A stretch of 64,000 bases of DNA. Origin: Myxococcota bacterium. Lineage in GTDB: Bacteria; Myxococcota_A; Polyangia; Nannocystales; Nannocystaceae. Under the pieces are notes generated by a model. It did not search any database. It was given only the letters and a program-made list of their open reading frames with translations, and was not told where the DNA came from. Both the position numbers and the translations under genes were made by a program. The stretch covers positions 143,948 to 207,947 of the forward strand of contig JBCCHT010000025.1 of NCBI GenBank assembly GCA_039028615.1, given 5' to 3'. Of this stretch, positions 8,886 through 18,470 are shown one piece after another. The stretch's first letter is position 1; every line of letters begins with the position of its first letter.

Positions 8886-10570
8886 TCCGCGGGCGCGCTG
8901 CGCTTGAAGGTCAGTTGACGGTTTTCGGCCACCGACATCGCCAGGCCATCGAAGGTCTCCTCGGCGGCCACGAAGTCGTCGGCGGCTTGCTCGATGGAGC
9001 CCACCGCGGCCGAGGCCCGTGCCCCCGAGGCGTACTCCATCATGTTCTCCACCAGGCAGCGGCGGATCTGGTCCTGTCCCGCCAGCTGCCCGAGCATGTC
9101 GGCAGCGGAGGCAAAGGAAAGCTCGGGGCGGTCATCGAACGCGGGCAGCGTGCCGTTGGAGTACAGCGAGCGCCCCTCGGCATCGACCGTGGTGTAGCGC
9201 CCCAGCAGATCGAAGCGCTCGAAGCCATACGCGATGGGCTCGAAGAGCGTGTGGCACGAGGTGCACTGCGGCTCGATGTTCATGCGGAACTCGCTGGCCT
9301 CCCGCGGGGTCATCGATTCCGTCTGCTGCGCCGTGTCCATGATCTGCTCGGCCACGTCGTCCGGCGGCGGCGTGAGGTGCTGACACAAGACGCGCTCGGT
9401 CATGAACACACCGCGTCCCACGAACGAGGTCGTGCCCAGCGCTGCCAAGAACCCGGGATGGGTCAGCACACCGCCGCGGGCCTGGAGCGTCGACGAGTCG
9501 TAGAGGCTCAGCCCCGGCTGCGGGTTCGCGACGCCAGCCAGCTCGGCGACGGCGGGGGTCATCATCAGCTCGCGCCCGTCGAAGAGCGCGGCCAGGGACT
9601 GGTCGTCAGCCGAGATGTGCTCGAAAGTCGCCATCAAGCTACTGACGAGCTGGTCGGCCACCTCGGGCTCGGCCGCGACCAGGCTGGCGATGGAGACCAA
9701 GGAGTAGTCCGCCCAGAACACCTCCCGGCTACGAGCGAAGCGGGGGTCGGCGATCATGCGCTCGACCTGCGCCTCGATCCCGGTGGCATCGACGGCCCCT
9801 TCACCGCCCGCTTGGGCGGCGAACTCGAGCAGCTCGAGATCGGGTGCCGACTGCCACAGGAAGTAGGAAAGACGACTGGCCAGCTCGTAGCCCGTCACCA
9901 GCCGAATCTCGTCCGGCGTGCCGTCCGTCTCGACCTCGAGGCGATACAGGAACTGCGGCGACTGCAACATCGCCTGCACGATGCCCGTGACCACATCCTC
10001 TTCGGTGGTGCCCGGCTCGGCCGCGATGGTCTCGGCCAGCTCGTCGTAGTCCGCCACTTCGTCGTCCTGCAGCGGGCGACGAGCCAGGCGCAGGCCGAGC
10101 CCTCGAATGAAGCTCTCGCGACACGAGGGGTCGGCCATGCCGACGCAGCCGCCGTGGATCTCGGTGAGCCCGTCGGCGTCGAGACGCTCGGTCACCGAGC
10201 GCGCCACGAAGGCGTAGGCGAGCACGTACTGCGTGTTGAAGAACTGCGACGCGACCGCGGTGGAGTAGGCCCCCTCGATGGGGATGTCCCGCGGCAGCTG
10301 CTCGCGCTCCTCGTCGGTCAGCTCGACACCGAGCACATCGAGCACCGAGTACTCGTATTGCGTCTCCGTCAGCCTTCCCACCAAGGGTGGCGGCACGCTG
10401 TGCGGGTTGACGTCCTCGGGCACGCCATCGTCGTCACCGTCCGTCTCGCCGCCCGTGGCCGTGTCCGTACCGCCGTCGTCCGCCGTCATGGCGGGCGAGC
10501 CCGAATAACAGCCGACCAGGCCAGCGATCGCAGCAATTGCCACGCGCCGCGTTCTTCGCCGAAGCTTCAC
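8882..10570 (-). CDS. DUF1592/DUF1588/DUF1595 domain lipoprotein
   Basis: LVGC lipobox, RLTETQY, LQSPQFLYR, YELASRLSYFLWQSAPD, RGGVLT, CTSCH, GFERFD. Confidence 0.85.
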   Translation of the reverse strand: MKLRRRTRRVAIAAIAGLVGCYSGSPAMTADDGGTDTATGGETDGDDDGVPEDVNPHSVPPPLVGRLTETQYEYSVLDVLGVELTDEEREQLPRDIPIEGAYSTAVASQFFNTQYVLAYAFVARSVTERLDADGLTEIHGGCVGMADPSCRESFIRGLGLRLARRPLQDDEVADYDELAETIAAEPGTTEEDVVTGIVQAMLQSPQFLYRLEVETDGTPDEIRLVTGYELASRLSYFLWQSAPDLELLEFAAQAGGEGAVDATGIEAQVERMIADPRFARSREVFWADYSLVSIASLVAAEPEVADQLVSSLMATFEHISADDQSLAALFDGRELMMTPAVAELAGVANPQPGLSLYDSSTLQARGGVLTHPGFLAALGTTSFVGRGVFMTERVLCQHLTPPPDDVAEQIMDTAQQTESMTPREASEFRMNIEPQCTSCHTLFEPIAYGFERFDLLGRYTTVDAEGRSLYSNGTLPAFDDRPELSFASAADMLGQLAGQDQIRRCLVENMMEYASGARASAAVGSIEQAADDFVAAEETFDGLAMSVAENRQLTFKRSAPAE

Positions 10571-10885
10571 GTCTTGCCCCCTCCCGAGCACCAACCGGAG
10601 CCACCACGACGGCGGCCCGCATGTACGAGGAGGTATTCCTCCCGCGGCCCCGGACTCGTCACTCGAACGACAAAGTAATTGTCGTTCGCATCCATGCCGC
10701 AGCGTCATGCGGTGCTCCAGGCACCGGAACAGCCGCGACCCCGCGTCCGTGTCGCTCGACTCGAAGCTCGAGAGCCCTCGGGCCAACCGACGTGGATCTC
10801 GGTCGGTGGGCAGATTCCGATCGCCGAGGCCGAGCCGCTCTGCGCGTGCTGATCCTCGGCGAGTTGCTTCCGACTCGACGAACGA

Positions 10886-11671
10886 CTACGGCGTGGCGGG
10901 AGCCACTGCGACGGGGCAGGCCTTCTCGAGCTCGGCTCTTCGTGCACCTCGCCGGGTCGACAGCAGCGTGCGCGCCGCGTCGATCCGCCCGGCACCGCAC
11001 AGCGCCTTGAGCTTCAGCAACACGCGCTCCTCACCGAAGACACTGCCGGGATACTTTGTCTGGTGCTCTCGCAGCTGCCCGAGCGCCTGACTGTAGCGAC
11101 CCCCGGCCAAGCTCTGGCGGGCGGACTGCAGCAGCGCCATCTCGGCGCGCAGATCTCCGGTCGATGTCGACGGCACGTCCTTGCGTCGCTTGTGCCCCCG
11201 CGAGGTCGAGCGGCGTCGACGGGGCCGCGCATCGGTGGCGGGCTCGGGCGCAGCTTCGGTGTCGGCCTCGGGTGTGATCGACTCGGCCTCGTCCTCCGCC
11301 TCGGGACTCGAGGCCGTGGTGCGGCCCCCGGCGGAGTACGCCTCGCCGCCCACTTCGGCCGAAGCACGAGCGTAGCCCGCTTGGATCGGCTCTTTCGCGG
11401 GCACGATGGAAGACATCGGGGTGAAGGTCGACGCCATCCACAGCATGAGACCCGCCGCGAGTGCGCCCCCGAGGCCGATGGCCAGCCACAGTCGCCGGCC
11501 CCCCGCCGCTTCGTCGGACGGCGGTGCTTCGCCGATGCGCGGCGGTGCATCGCGCTCGACGGAGGCCTGCAGCTGCTCCCAGACCGAGGCGCGCTCCGAG
11601 GCGGGGACCTCGGCCCCGCTCGTCAGCTCGTCGAGCAACCGTCGGGCACTGGGTTGGAGCTCACTCACCAT
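10886..11671 (-). CDS. Putative anti-sigma factor (single TM helix, C-terminal TPR-like helices)
   Basis: Overlaps the ECF sigma stop; one TM segment; LRAEMALLQSAR...ALCGAGR TPR-like tail. Confidence 0.7.
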   Translation of the reverse strand: MVSELQPSARRLLDELTSGAEVPASERASVWEQLQASVERDAPPRIGEAPPSDEAAGGRRLWLAIGLGGALAAGLMLWMASTFTPMSSIVPAKEPIQAGYARASAEVGGEAYSAGGRTTASSPEAEDEAESITPEADTEAAPEPATDARPRRRRSTSRGHKRRKDVPSTSTGDLRAEMALLQSARQSLAGGRYSQALGQLREHQTKYPGSVFGEERVLLKLKALCGAGRIDAARTLLSTRRGARRAELEKACPVAVAPATP

Positions 11672-12227
11672 GGCGCTTCACCTCCGCGCGGTAGCGAGCG
11701 GCAAAGCGCTCGAACTTCTTCCGGGCCAGTCGCAGCCGCGAGTACACGGTGTTGGTCTTGGCTCCCACTGCGACCGCGACGTCGGGTGCCGCGACGCCCT
11801 CGACGTCGTGCAGCACGAACACGGCTCGTTGCTCCTCGGGCAGCCCGGCCAGGAACGTCTGCAGCAGAGCGTGAGCCTGGCTCTGCTGCAGCACCGTCTC
11901 CGCCGTGGCGACCGGCGCCTGGGGGGAGGGCACCGCCTGGAGTCGACGCTCGCGATGCACCCCAGTCCTGGCCCGCGCCACCACGTTGCGGGTAATGCCG
12001 AACAACCAGTTGCGGATCTTCCGCTCGCGATCGAAGTCGTGCCGTCGTCGATACGCGATCAGGAACACGTCGTGCACGATGTCGCCGACATCCTGCGGAG
12101 GTGCGCCCATGTGTTTGGCGATGCGCCATACGAAATCGACGTGTTCCTGATACAGCGCCGCCAGGTCGGTGGGGTCGACCTCGCCCGTGGCCCCGCCCGG
12201 GAGGCATCGGAGCTCTTTTGGCGACAC
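11661..12227 (-). CDS. ECF RNA polymerase sigma factor
   Basis: Region 2 (FVWR...DIVHDVFL...WLFGI) and region 4 (RAVFVLHDVEG...TVYSRLRLAR). Confidence 0.9.
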   Translation of the reverse strand: MSPKELRCLPGGATGEVDPTDLAALYQEHVDFVWRIAKHMGAPPQDVGDIVHDVFLIAYRRRHDFDRERKIRNWLFGITRNVVARARTGVHRERRLQAVPSPQAPVATAETVLQQSQAHALLQTFLAGLPEEQRAVFVLHDVEGVAAPDVAVAVGAKTNTVYSRLRLARKKFERFAARYRAEVKRHGE

Positions 12228-12316
12228 GACCCATATTCATGCGAACGGGTCGATTCCGTCACTCCAAACCCGCTCGAATTCACGTTTTTTTGGGGTCTAC
12301 GACCCCCTGGAGGGCC

Positions 12317-13297
12317 CTAGGAGCCGGTTTTGCGCCGATCGCTCGCCCCGATCGCCCCCATCCGCACCCGCAGGTAGCCGCCCGCGCGAAACTCGGCGGC
12401 GCCCGATCGATAGATCTCCGCCACCGGTTCGGGGTCGGCGACGAAGCGATGCTCGATGAAGGGCACCATCCCGTCCACGAATACGCCGAGCCCCACCGGG
12501 CCCGCGATGGTGACCTCCACCGCGCCCCGCAGCCCGGCCGCCGCCCACAGCCGCTGCTCGCGTCGGGTGCTGGGCAAGCCCTGCCCGCGCGCGTCGATCG
12601 ACCCCAGCTCGAGTACCCCGCACATCGGAAACGCGAACCGCTTCACCGCCTTGTAGGCGCAGCCCCGCAGGGCGCCGCGGAACACCTGAACCTGCATCGA
12701 GACGTCGTCGTTGGGGGGCGCGGCGACGATCTGCTGCGGGAGATCGAAGGCGCCACCGAGCTCCACCCGCCACGCCGACCCGGCAAGGCCGAGGGTGGCC
12801 TCCACCGCGGCCCCCGTTGGCCAGGCCCCGCGTCGGACCCCGCCCGCCAGCGCACCGTAGATCCACGCCCGCGCCTGGGCTGGCTCTGGCTTCGGCTCCG
12901 GCTCCGGCTCCGGTTCGGGCTCGGGCTCCGGCTCGGCCGTTGTCTCCTCCACCGCGCCGAAGTTGGGATCGAGCGCCACCGCGATGATGAAGGCCGTGCT
13001 CTCGACCAAGGCTTGGCAACGATCGGCGCCGATGGTCCGGCGTTGTACCGAGCCGCCGCGCCCAAGCTCCAGCTCGAGCCGCCAGCCCCCCGCGTCGCTG
13101 CCCGTCACCTCCCCGCGTACCACCAGCGGCACCGCGGGCGACGTGGCCTCGGGCGACCGCATGCTCGCCACCGTTCGTTGCAGCACGTCCACGCCCGGGC
13201 ATCCCGCGGGCGCGTCCCACTGCACCGTGTACGCGGGGGACTCCTCGGCGGCGGGGCTCGCCAGCGCCAGGGCGGCCGCAGTGATCAAGGAGAGCAT
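12317..13297 (-). CDS. Exported WxAPxGCP-motif protein with probable C-terminal beta-barrel
   Basis: Signal peptide MLSLITAAALALA, WDAPAGCP, PE-rich linker, alternating hydrophobic beta-strands; paralog at 46951-47991. Confidence 0.65.
   Translation of the reverse strand: MLSLITAAALALASPAAEESPAYTVQWDAPAGCPGVDVLQRTVASMRSPEATSPAVPLVVRGEVTGSDAGGWRLELELGRGGSVQRRTIGADRCQALVESTAFIIAVALDPNFGAVEETTAEPEPEPEPEPEPEPKPEPAQARAWIYGALAGGVRRGAWPTGAAVEATLGLAGSAWRVELGGAFDLPQQIVAAPPNDDVSMQVQVFRGALRGCAYKAVKRFAFPMCGVLELGSIDARGQGLPSTRREQRLWAAAGLRGAVEVTIAGPVGLGVFVDGMVPFIEHRFVADPEPVAEIYRSGAAEFRAGGYLRVRMGAIGASDRRKTGS
12885..12935 (-). repeat. Coding GAGCCG-type tandem repeat (Glu-Pro linker)
   Basis: Repeated ggctcc/ggctcg/ggttcg hexamers on + strand, translating to EPEPEPEPEPEPEPKPEP. 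Confidence 0.7.
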
Positions 13298-13316
13298 GCG
13301 AAGGATCGAACCCGGC

Positions 13317-14030
13317 TCACTGCAGCTCGAAGGTGACCTCGGCGAGCGGGCCCGGTTCACCCATCCCGTTGTCCATGGGGTAGGGCTGCGCGCCCACGGT
13401 GTGCTCACCCACGGTCAGCATCCACGGCGCCAGGTCGGCCTCGATGTTGCCCCCGAGCGTGAACGGCACGATGTTCTCGGTGCGGATCTCCATACCATCG
13501 ACGTAGAACACCACGCTCCCGACCTCGGGGCCCGACGCCTCGGCGGCCAGGCTCAGCGCTGCACCGCCGTAGTTGGCGGGATCGACCATGTCCCCGTCGA
13601 CGAGCGGCCCGAGCAATACGTCGGTGTCGGCGTTGGCGAGGCGGAACCCGACGATCTCGAGGAAGGGCTCCCCCGTGCTCGAGCTGCTCGAGCTGCTCGA
13701 GCCGGTCTCGGACTCGCTGCCCGAGTCGGTGCTCGAGCCACTGGTGGTCCCGCTCGTGGTGCTCGTCTCCGCCCCCGTGTCGTCATCGACCGATCCGCTG
13801 GTCGCCGACATCCCGGGGGGAAGCGAGGGCAGCCCCGTCGTCTCGTCGATGCTCGTGGTGATGCTCGGCGGAAGGCCCGTCGTCGAGCCCCCGCCGCCGC
13901 CCCCGTCCCCGCGCTCGCCCAGCGAGGTGGAGATCGAGCAGGCCATGAGCCCCGCCGCGGCCACGAGCACGCCCGGTGGTCCGTGACCACGAGCAGGGCG
14001 CCGCCGTGCGAGCAGAGAACTCATGGCCAC
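13317..14030 (-). CDS. Lipoprotein with Ser/Thr linker and C-terminal Ig-like domain
   Basis: LMAC lipobox; VGSVVFYVDG...TENIVPFTL...GEHTV. Confidence 0.65.
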   Translation of the reverse strand: MAMSSLLARRRPARGHGPPGVLVAAAGLMACSISTSLGERGDGGGGGGSTTGLPPSITTSIDETTGLPSLPPGMSATSGSVDDDTGAETSTTSGTTSGSSTDSGSESETGSSSSSSSSTGEPFLEIVGFRLANADTDVLLGPLVDGDMVDPANYGGAALSLAAEASGPEVGSVVFYVDGMEIRTENIVPFTLGGNIEADLAPWMLTVGEHTVGAQPYPMDNGMGEPGPLAEVTFELQ

Positions 14031-14212
14031 GCATCCTACCGGACTGCGATGCCCGACACCCGCGAGACGTTGCGCGCGCTAAAGAGGTTTGATGGGGCGC
14101 AACGCCACAAAAGTACGTCGCCAATTCGGTGCGGCGGCGTACCCCGATGAGGGACGCCATGGGGAAACGGCGAGCGGCGCCGACCGCCGAGGCGCTATGC
14201 TGAGCGCCGCCC

Positions 14213-15430
14213 ATGAGCTTCGCTCGCCGCTCGTTTCGCTCCCCCTGGTCATGGCTCCCCGTGCTGGGACTCGCGCTCGCGTGTCAGCCCGTCATCCGCA
14301 CCTCGAGCCCGTCCAGCTCTGGTGCACCACCTCCGGCCCGACCGACGACCACGCCCGCTCCGACCCCCGCGGCCCGACCCGCCCCCGTCAACCCGATGGT
14401 GGAGCTGGCCTCGGGCTCGCTGCACACCTGCGGGCGCCGCAAGACGGGCGACGTGTTGTGCTGGGGTCGCAACGACTACGGGCAGCTCGGCGATGGTCGT
14501 CGTCGCGACTCGGTCCGCCTGGTGAAGGCCGGCAGCCTCACCGATGCCACGCAGCTGGCCGCGGGCCACGACTTCACCTGTGCGCTGCGCAAGGGCGGCA
14601 GCGTGGTGTGCTGGGGCAACAACTTCGACGGCCAGCTCGGCGACGGGCGAGGCGCTCGCTCGGGCGCCATGAGCCTGCGACCGACTCGCGTGGGCGGCCT
14701 GGGCGAGGCGGTACAGATCAGCGCGGGCCAGTACCACGCGTGTGCGCTCGAGCGCGGCGGCACGGTCAAGTGCTGGGGCAGCAGCGAGAACGGACAGATG
14801 GGCGACGACTCGGCGCGGGCCTTCGCCCGACCGATGGCCATCGAGCGCCTGGGCCCCGTGTCGCAGGTCGCCTCGGGGTGGTCGCACGTGTGCGCGCTGG
14901 AGAAGGCCGGCCAGGTGAAGTGCTGGGGCCGCAATACCGAGGGGCAGCTCGGCGACGGCAAATCGGGCAGCCGGATCAAGCCGGTCGTGGTGACCGGCAT
15001 CAAGACCGGCGTCGAGCTCGTGTCCGGGCACAACCACACCTGCGCCCGCACCCGCGACGGCGGCCTGTGGTGCTGGGGCGACAACTCGGCGGGACAGCTG
15101 GGCGCGGGCGCCCGGGGTGAGCCCAAGGCCTATACCCCCGTGCGCATGCAAAACCTCGGTCGGGTGGTCGCGCTCGAAGGCGGCGCCCGGCATCACTGCG
15201 CGCGTCTCGACTCCGGGCGCGTCACCTGCTGGGGCAACAACGACGCGGGGCAGCTCGGCACTCGGGCCACGCCTCGCCCCTCACCGCCCACGACCCTGCG
15301 CGGCATCGAGGACGCCATCGACGTCGCCCTCGGTGAGCGACATACCTGCGTGTTGCGAAAGAGCGGCAACGTGTCGTGCTTCGGCGACGCCAAGGAGAGC
15401 GCCCTGGGCCCCTACGGCCCCAAGCGCTGA
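14213..15430 (+). CDS. RCC1/BLIP-II repeat lipoprotein
   Basis: LALAC lipobox; about seven HTC...CWGxNxxGQLG repeats. Confidence 0.9.
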   Translation: MSFARRSFRSPWSWLPVLGLALACQPVIRTSSPSSSGAPPPARPTTTPAPTPAARPAPVNPMVELASGSLHTCGRRKTGDVLCWGRNDYGQLGDGRRRDSVRLVKAGSLTDATQLAAGHDFTCALRKGGSVVCWGNNFDGQLGDGRGARSGAMSLRPTRVGGLGEAVQISAGQYHACALERGGTVKCWGSSENGQMGDDSARAFARPMAIERLGPVSQVASGWSHVCALEKAGQVKCWGRNTEGQLGDGKSGSRIKPVVVTGIKTGVELVSGHNHTCARTRDGGLWCWGDNSAGQLGAGARGEPKAYTPVRMQNLGRVVALEGGARHHCARLDSGRVTCWGNNDAGQLGTRATPRPSPPTTLRGIEDAIDVALGERHTCVLRKSGNVSCFGDAKESALGPYGPKR

Positions 15431-15439
15431 ACTCGAGGC

Positions 15440-16627
15440 TCAGCGGCAGCTCGTCGCGTCTGCGGCGTGCGTCTGCAACACCGCGTGCAGCGAGGCTTCC
15501 ATCAGCTGCTGGGCGTCGTCGCTCGGCAGGTCGATACCCACGTGGATATGCCCCGCCGCGAGCACGTCGGGGTAGGTCCGCGCGTAGGCTAGTCCGTGGA
15601 GCCCGAGGAATCCGCTGAGGTAGTTGCCGCTGGTGCCCGTCTCGTCGATCTCGACCGACGTCAGATCGAGGACCTCGGTCGCCGCGACGATGGCATCGAC
15701 CGGCAGCTCGGTGGGCAGCACGTTGCCCGCCCGCCAGGTGCTGATCGCGTCCCATGAGCGCTCGTCGATGGAGTCGCGGGTGGGGTGTGTCTGGTCGCCG
15801 TAGCCGTCGGAGCTCCAGTCGAACGCGACGGACTCGCCTCCGCCGTGTCCGCCTTCGATCGCCTCGATCTCCCAGCCGATGCTCCCGCCCCGGCTGGTGG
15901 TGATGAGGATGGTCGGCTCGAGCTCGTCGACGATGCGCCAGAAATCCTCCGAGGTCGCCTGGTAGTCCACCTGCAGATCGAAGTCGCGAGAGCCGACGCG
16001 GCCCTCGGAGCCGAAGGGATCGTTGCTGGGGTCGCCGTCGGGCGGGAACTCGGGGAAGAACGCATGGACGTCGTAGCCGTAGCCGCCCCAGTTTTCCCCC
16101 GTCCAGACCCCGTGGTTCTGCTTCGGGTTCGTGCTCCACTGCCGCAGCATCTCGTTGGTCGGCGGCCAGTAGCCCATGAGCACGACGTTCTTCACGCAGG
16201 GTTCTTCGGCCACGCACGTGGCCTCGTAGTCGACGCAGCACGTGCCGGTCTCCTCGCATCCATCGTGGCACTCGCAGCCGCTGGGAGCGACGCCATCGCA
16301 GAACCCGACGCAGCTGGCGAGGTCTTCTTCGCCGCCGTCCTCCGGCTCGCCGCCGCCCGCTTCGTCCGCCTCGACGCACAGGGTTCGGTAGTCGGAACAA
16401 CAATCACCCAGCAGGCTGCATTGCTCGTCGCACCAGCAGGCCTCGCTGCCCGAACCACCGCACGACCGGAAACAGCTCCCCGAGGCGTCGACGTCGGCGC
16501 CCGCGTCCTCCCGTTCGCCTTCGTCCGAGCCCTGGGCCACGCGCCCGTCGTCCTCCACCGCGCAACCGGCCAACAACGAGAGGGCAGCGCCCAGTACAAC
16601 CATGGTCGATGCGTTCGCGATCTTCAT
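15440..16627 (-). CDS. Lipoprotein with two somatomedin-B-like domains and a pyroglutamyl-peptidase (C15)-like domain
   Basis: LAGC lipobox; two SCxxxC...CxCxxxC...CCxDYxxxC modules; VLMGYWPP...SGNYLSGF...AGHIHVG. Confidence 0.65.
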   Translation of the reverse strand: MKIANASTMVVLGAALSLLAGCAVEDDGRVAQGSDEGEREDAGADVDASGSCFRSCGGSGSEACWCDEQCSLLGDCCSDYRTLCVEADEAGGGEPEDGGEEDLASCVGFCDGVAPSGCECHDGCEETGTCCVDYEATCVAEEPCVKNVVLMGYWPPTNEMLRQWSTNPKQNHGVWTGENWGGYGYDVHAFFPEFPPDGDPSNDPFGSEGRVGSRDFDLQVDYQATSEDFWRIVDELEPTILITTSRGGSIGWEIEAIEGGHGGGESVAFDWSSDGYGDQTHPTRDSIDERSWDAISTWRAGNVLPTELPVDAIVAATEVLDLTSVEIDETGTSGNYLSGFLGLHGLAYARTYPDVLAAGHIHVGIDLPSDDAQQLMEASLHAVLQTHAADATSCR

Positions 16628-16840
16628 GACGAGACGCGCGCCCGTCTCCCGCGGGGGCCGGGCGCTGCCAGGACTAGTGCCCCAGCGTCGACGGATCTAT
16701 TCGGCCACGGGCCAATTGCTCGAATTGTGCCTCCAAAGGACCTCTCCGGGTACGAACTCAACCCCTTCGAGCGCCTCGACGCATGGATTCGTGACGGGCA
16801 GCGCAATCCGATCGCGGCCGAGCGAACTCTACGGGGACGT

Positions 16841-18445
16841 ATGAACGCCCCTGCCCCCTCCCCCCGCCTCACCAGCGCACTCGCGGCGATCGGCTTGTCC
16901 GCCGCCCTCCCCTCCATCGCCGCGGCGGCCCCAGCCGACTACCGGGACTCCGTCGAGATGGAGACCGCCGTCGACCTGCTCGACGGCGCCGCGGGTGGGC
17001 GCATGAACGTGTTCACCGTCGGTCTCACCCCCGATGGCCACAAGACCCGCGCGGTGCAGCTGTCGGCCATCGACTCCGGCGGTGCACCCGATGCCGACTC
17101 GGGAGACAAGCCCGCGCTGCTGGTCGAGTGCGGCATGCATGCGCGCGAATGGGCGAGCCCGGAGAGCTGCCTGCTCTTTTTGCAAGGCTTCGCGCTGGCC
17201 GCGATCTTCAATCCCGCGCGGGTCGACGAGATCCTCGAGCATGCCGACATCTGGGTGCTCCCCATGGTCAACCCCGACGGCCGCGACATGGACGATACGG
17301 GCGGCGGCGACCCGACCAACTTCTGGACCAGCACCGCCCTGCACCCGGCGACCTCGTCGGACTCCAACGGCTGGCGAGACAACGCCCAGACCGTCAGCTG
17401 CCCCGCCGCGGTGGGCGGGCTCGGCGTCGGAATCGACCTCAATCGGGCATTTTCCAAGGGCTGGGATAGCGGCGAGACCGACTGCCTCAACAACAAGTTC
17501 CACGGCGAGTGGCCGTTCCAGGCCAAGGAAGCGAGCATCCTGCGTCGCTTCGTCAACAACCGCATGATCTCGATGTCACTGTCCGTGCACAGCTACTCGC
17601 CCTGCGTGGGCGCCCAAAACGGAGACCCCGGCGTGCCGCAGAACTTCCAGAGCATCTGGAACGGGCTCGTGGCCGACCCCAACATGCAGCTGAGCTACAC
17701 CCCGGGCAGCTGCGAGGGCAAAGGCGTCGGTCAGTTCACGGGCTGGATGGCGCGCTCCTCCGATACCGGTTTTCAGCGGGACCACAGCACCGAGCGTGGC
17801 GCGGTGTCCATGCTGCTCGAGCTGCCGCCCAACGGGGCCAGTTACAACGACGCCACCACGCTGTCCCCGTATCGCGATGCCCACGGGGACGGCTCCAACC
17901 CCTTCCACCCCAGCAGCGCCGTGTACATGAACACGGTGGCGACGCCCTTTTTCCAGTCGCTCATGTACCTGGCCGAGCAGGCCCGGTCGCCGTGGTGTGC
18001 CATCGATCCGGCCACGCTCGCGCCCGATCCCTCGTGCACGGAGGACTTCGGCCTCACCGGCTCCAAGATCGCCACCTGCGAGGACTGCATCGGCAAGATG
18101 ATGTTCCGGGACATCGGCGGCCAGACCATCGAGCGCATGAGAGCGGGCGATCGCAGCGTGGTCTATCGCGTGCAGAACTTCGACTCGAGCACCGCGGGCA
18201 CCGTGCAGGTCACCGTCGTGATTTCCTCGCGACCGGCCGGCAGCGGCACCTATAGCACCGACCTCGTCGACACCCAGGTCTTCAGCCTCGCCTCGCAAGA
18301 GGGCGACACGGGCACGGTGCCGTTTTCGTTCACCGCGGGCCGCGACTACATGGTCTCGATCAACACCTGGGCGCTCTCCTTCCCGGGCTCGGACGACACG
18401 AACCCGGACAACGGACACCACCTGTTCCGCTTCGAGACGTTCTGA
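16841..18445 (+). CDS. Secreted M14 zinc carboxypeptidase
   Basis: Signal peptide; GMHAREW (HxxE), VNPDG, IDLNR, SVHSY; start moved to ATG at 16841. Confidence 0.85.
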   Translation: MNAPAPSPRLTSALAAIGLSAALPSIAAAAPADYRDSVEMETAVDLLDGAAGGRMNVFTVGLTPDGHKTRAVQLSAIDSGGAPDADSGDKPALLVECGMHAREWASPESCLLFLQGFALAAIFNPARVDEILEHADIWVLPMVNPDGRDMDDTGGGDPTNFWTSTALHPATSSDSNGWRDNAQTVSCPAAVGGLGVGIDLNRAFSKGWDSGETDCLNNKFHGEWPFQAKEASILRRFVNNRMISMSLSVHSYSPCVGAQNGDPGVPQNFQSIWNGLVADPNMQLSYTPGSCEGKGVGQFTGWMARSSDTGFQRDHSTERGAVSMLLELPPNGASYNDATTLSPYRDAHGDGSNPFHPSSAVYMNTVATPFFQSLMYLAEQARSPWCAIDPATLAPDPSCTEDFGLTGSKIATCEDCIGKMMFRDIGGQTIERMRAGDRSVVYRVQNFDSSTAGTVQVTVVISSRPAGSGTYSTDLVDTQVFSLASQEGDTGTVPFSFTAGRDYMVSINTWALSFPGSDDTNPDNGHHLFRFETF

Positions 18446-18470
18446 CGCGCGTGCGCCCGAGCGACGAGCT

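Noticed and set aside
12885..13780. Short tandem repeats as non-coding or contingency elements
   Set aside because: They encode Glu-Pro and Ser/Thr linkers in frame
15785..16840. N-terminal extension of the M14 peptidase ORF
   Set aside because: Overlaps the minus-strand SMB gene; the signal peptide begins at 16841
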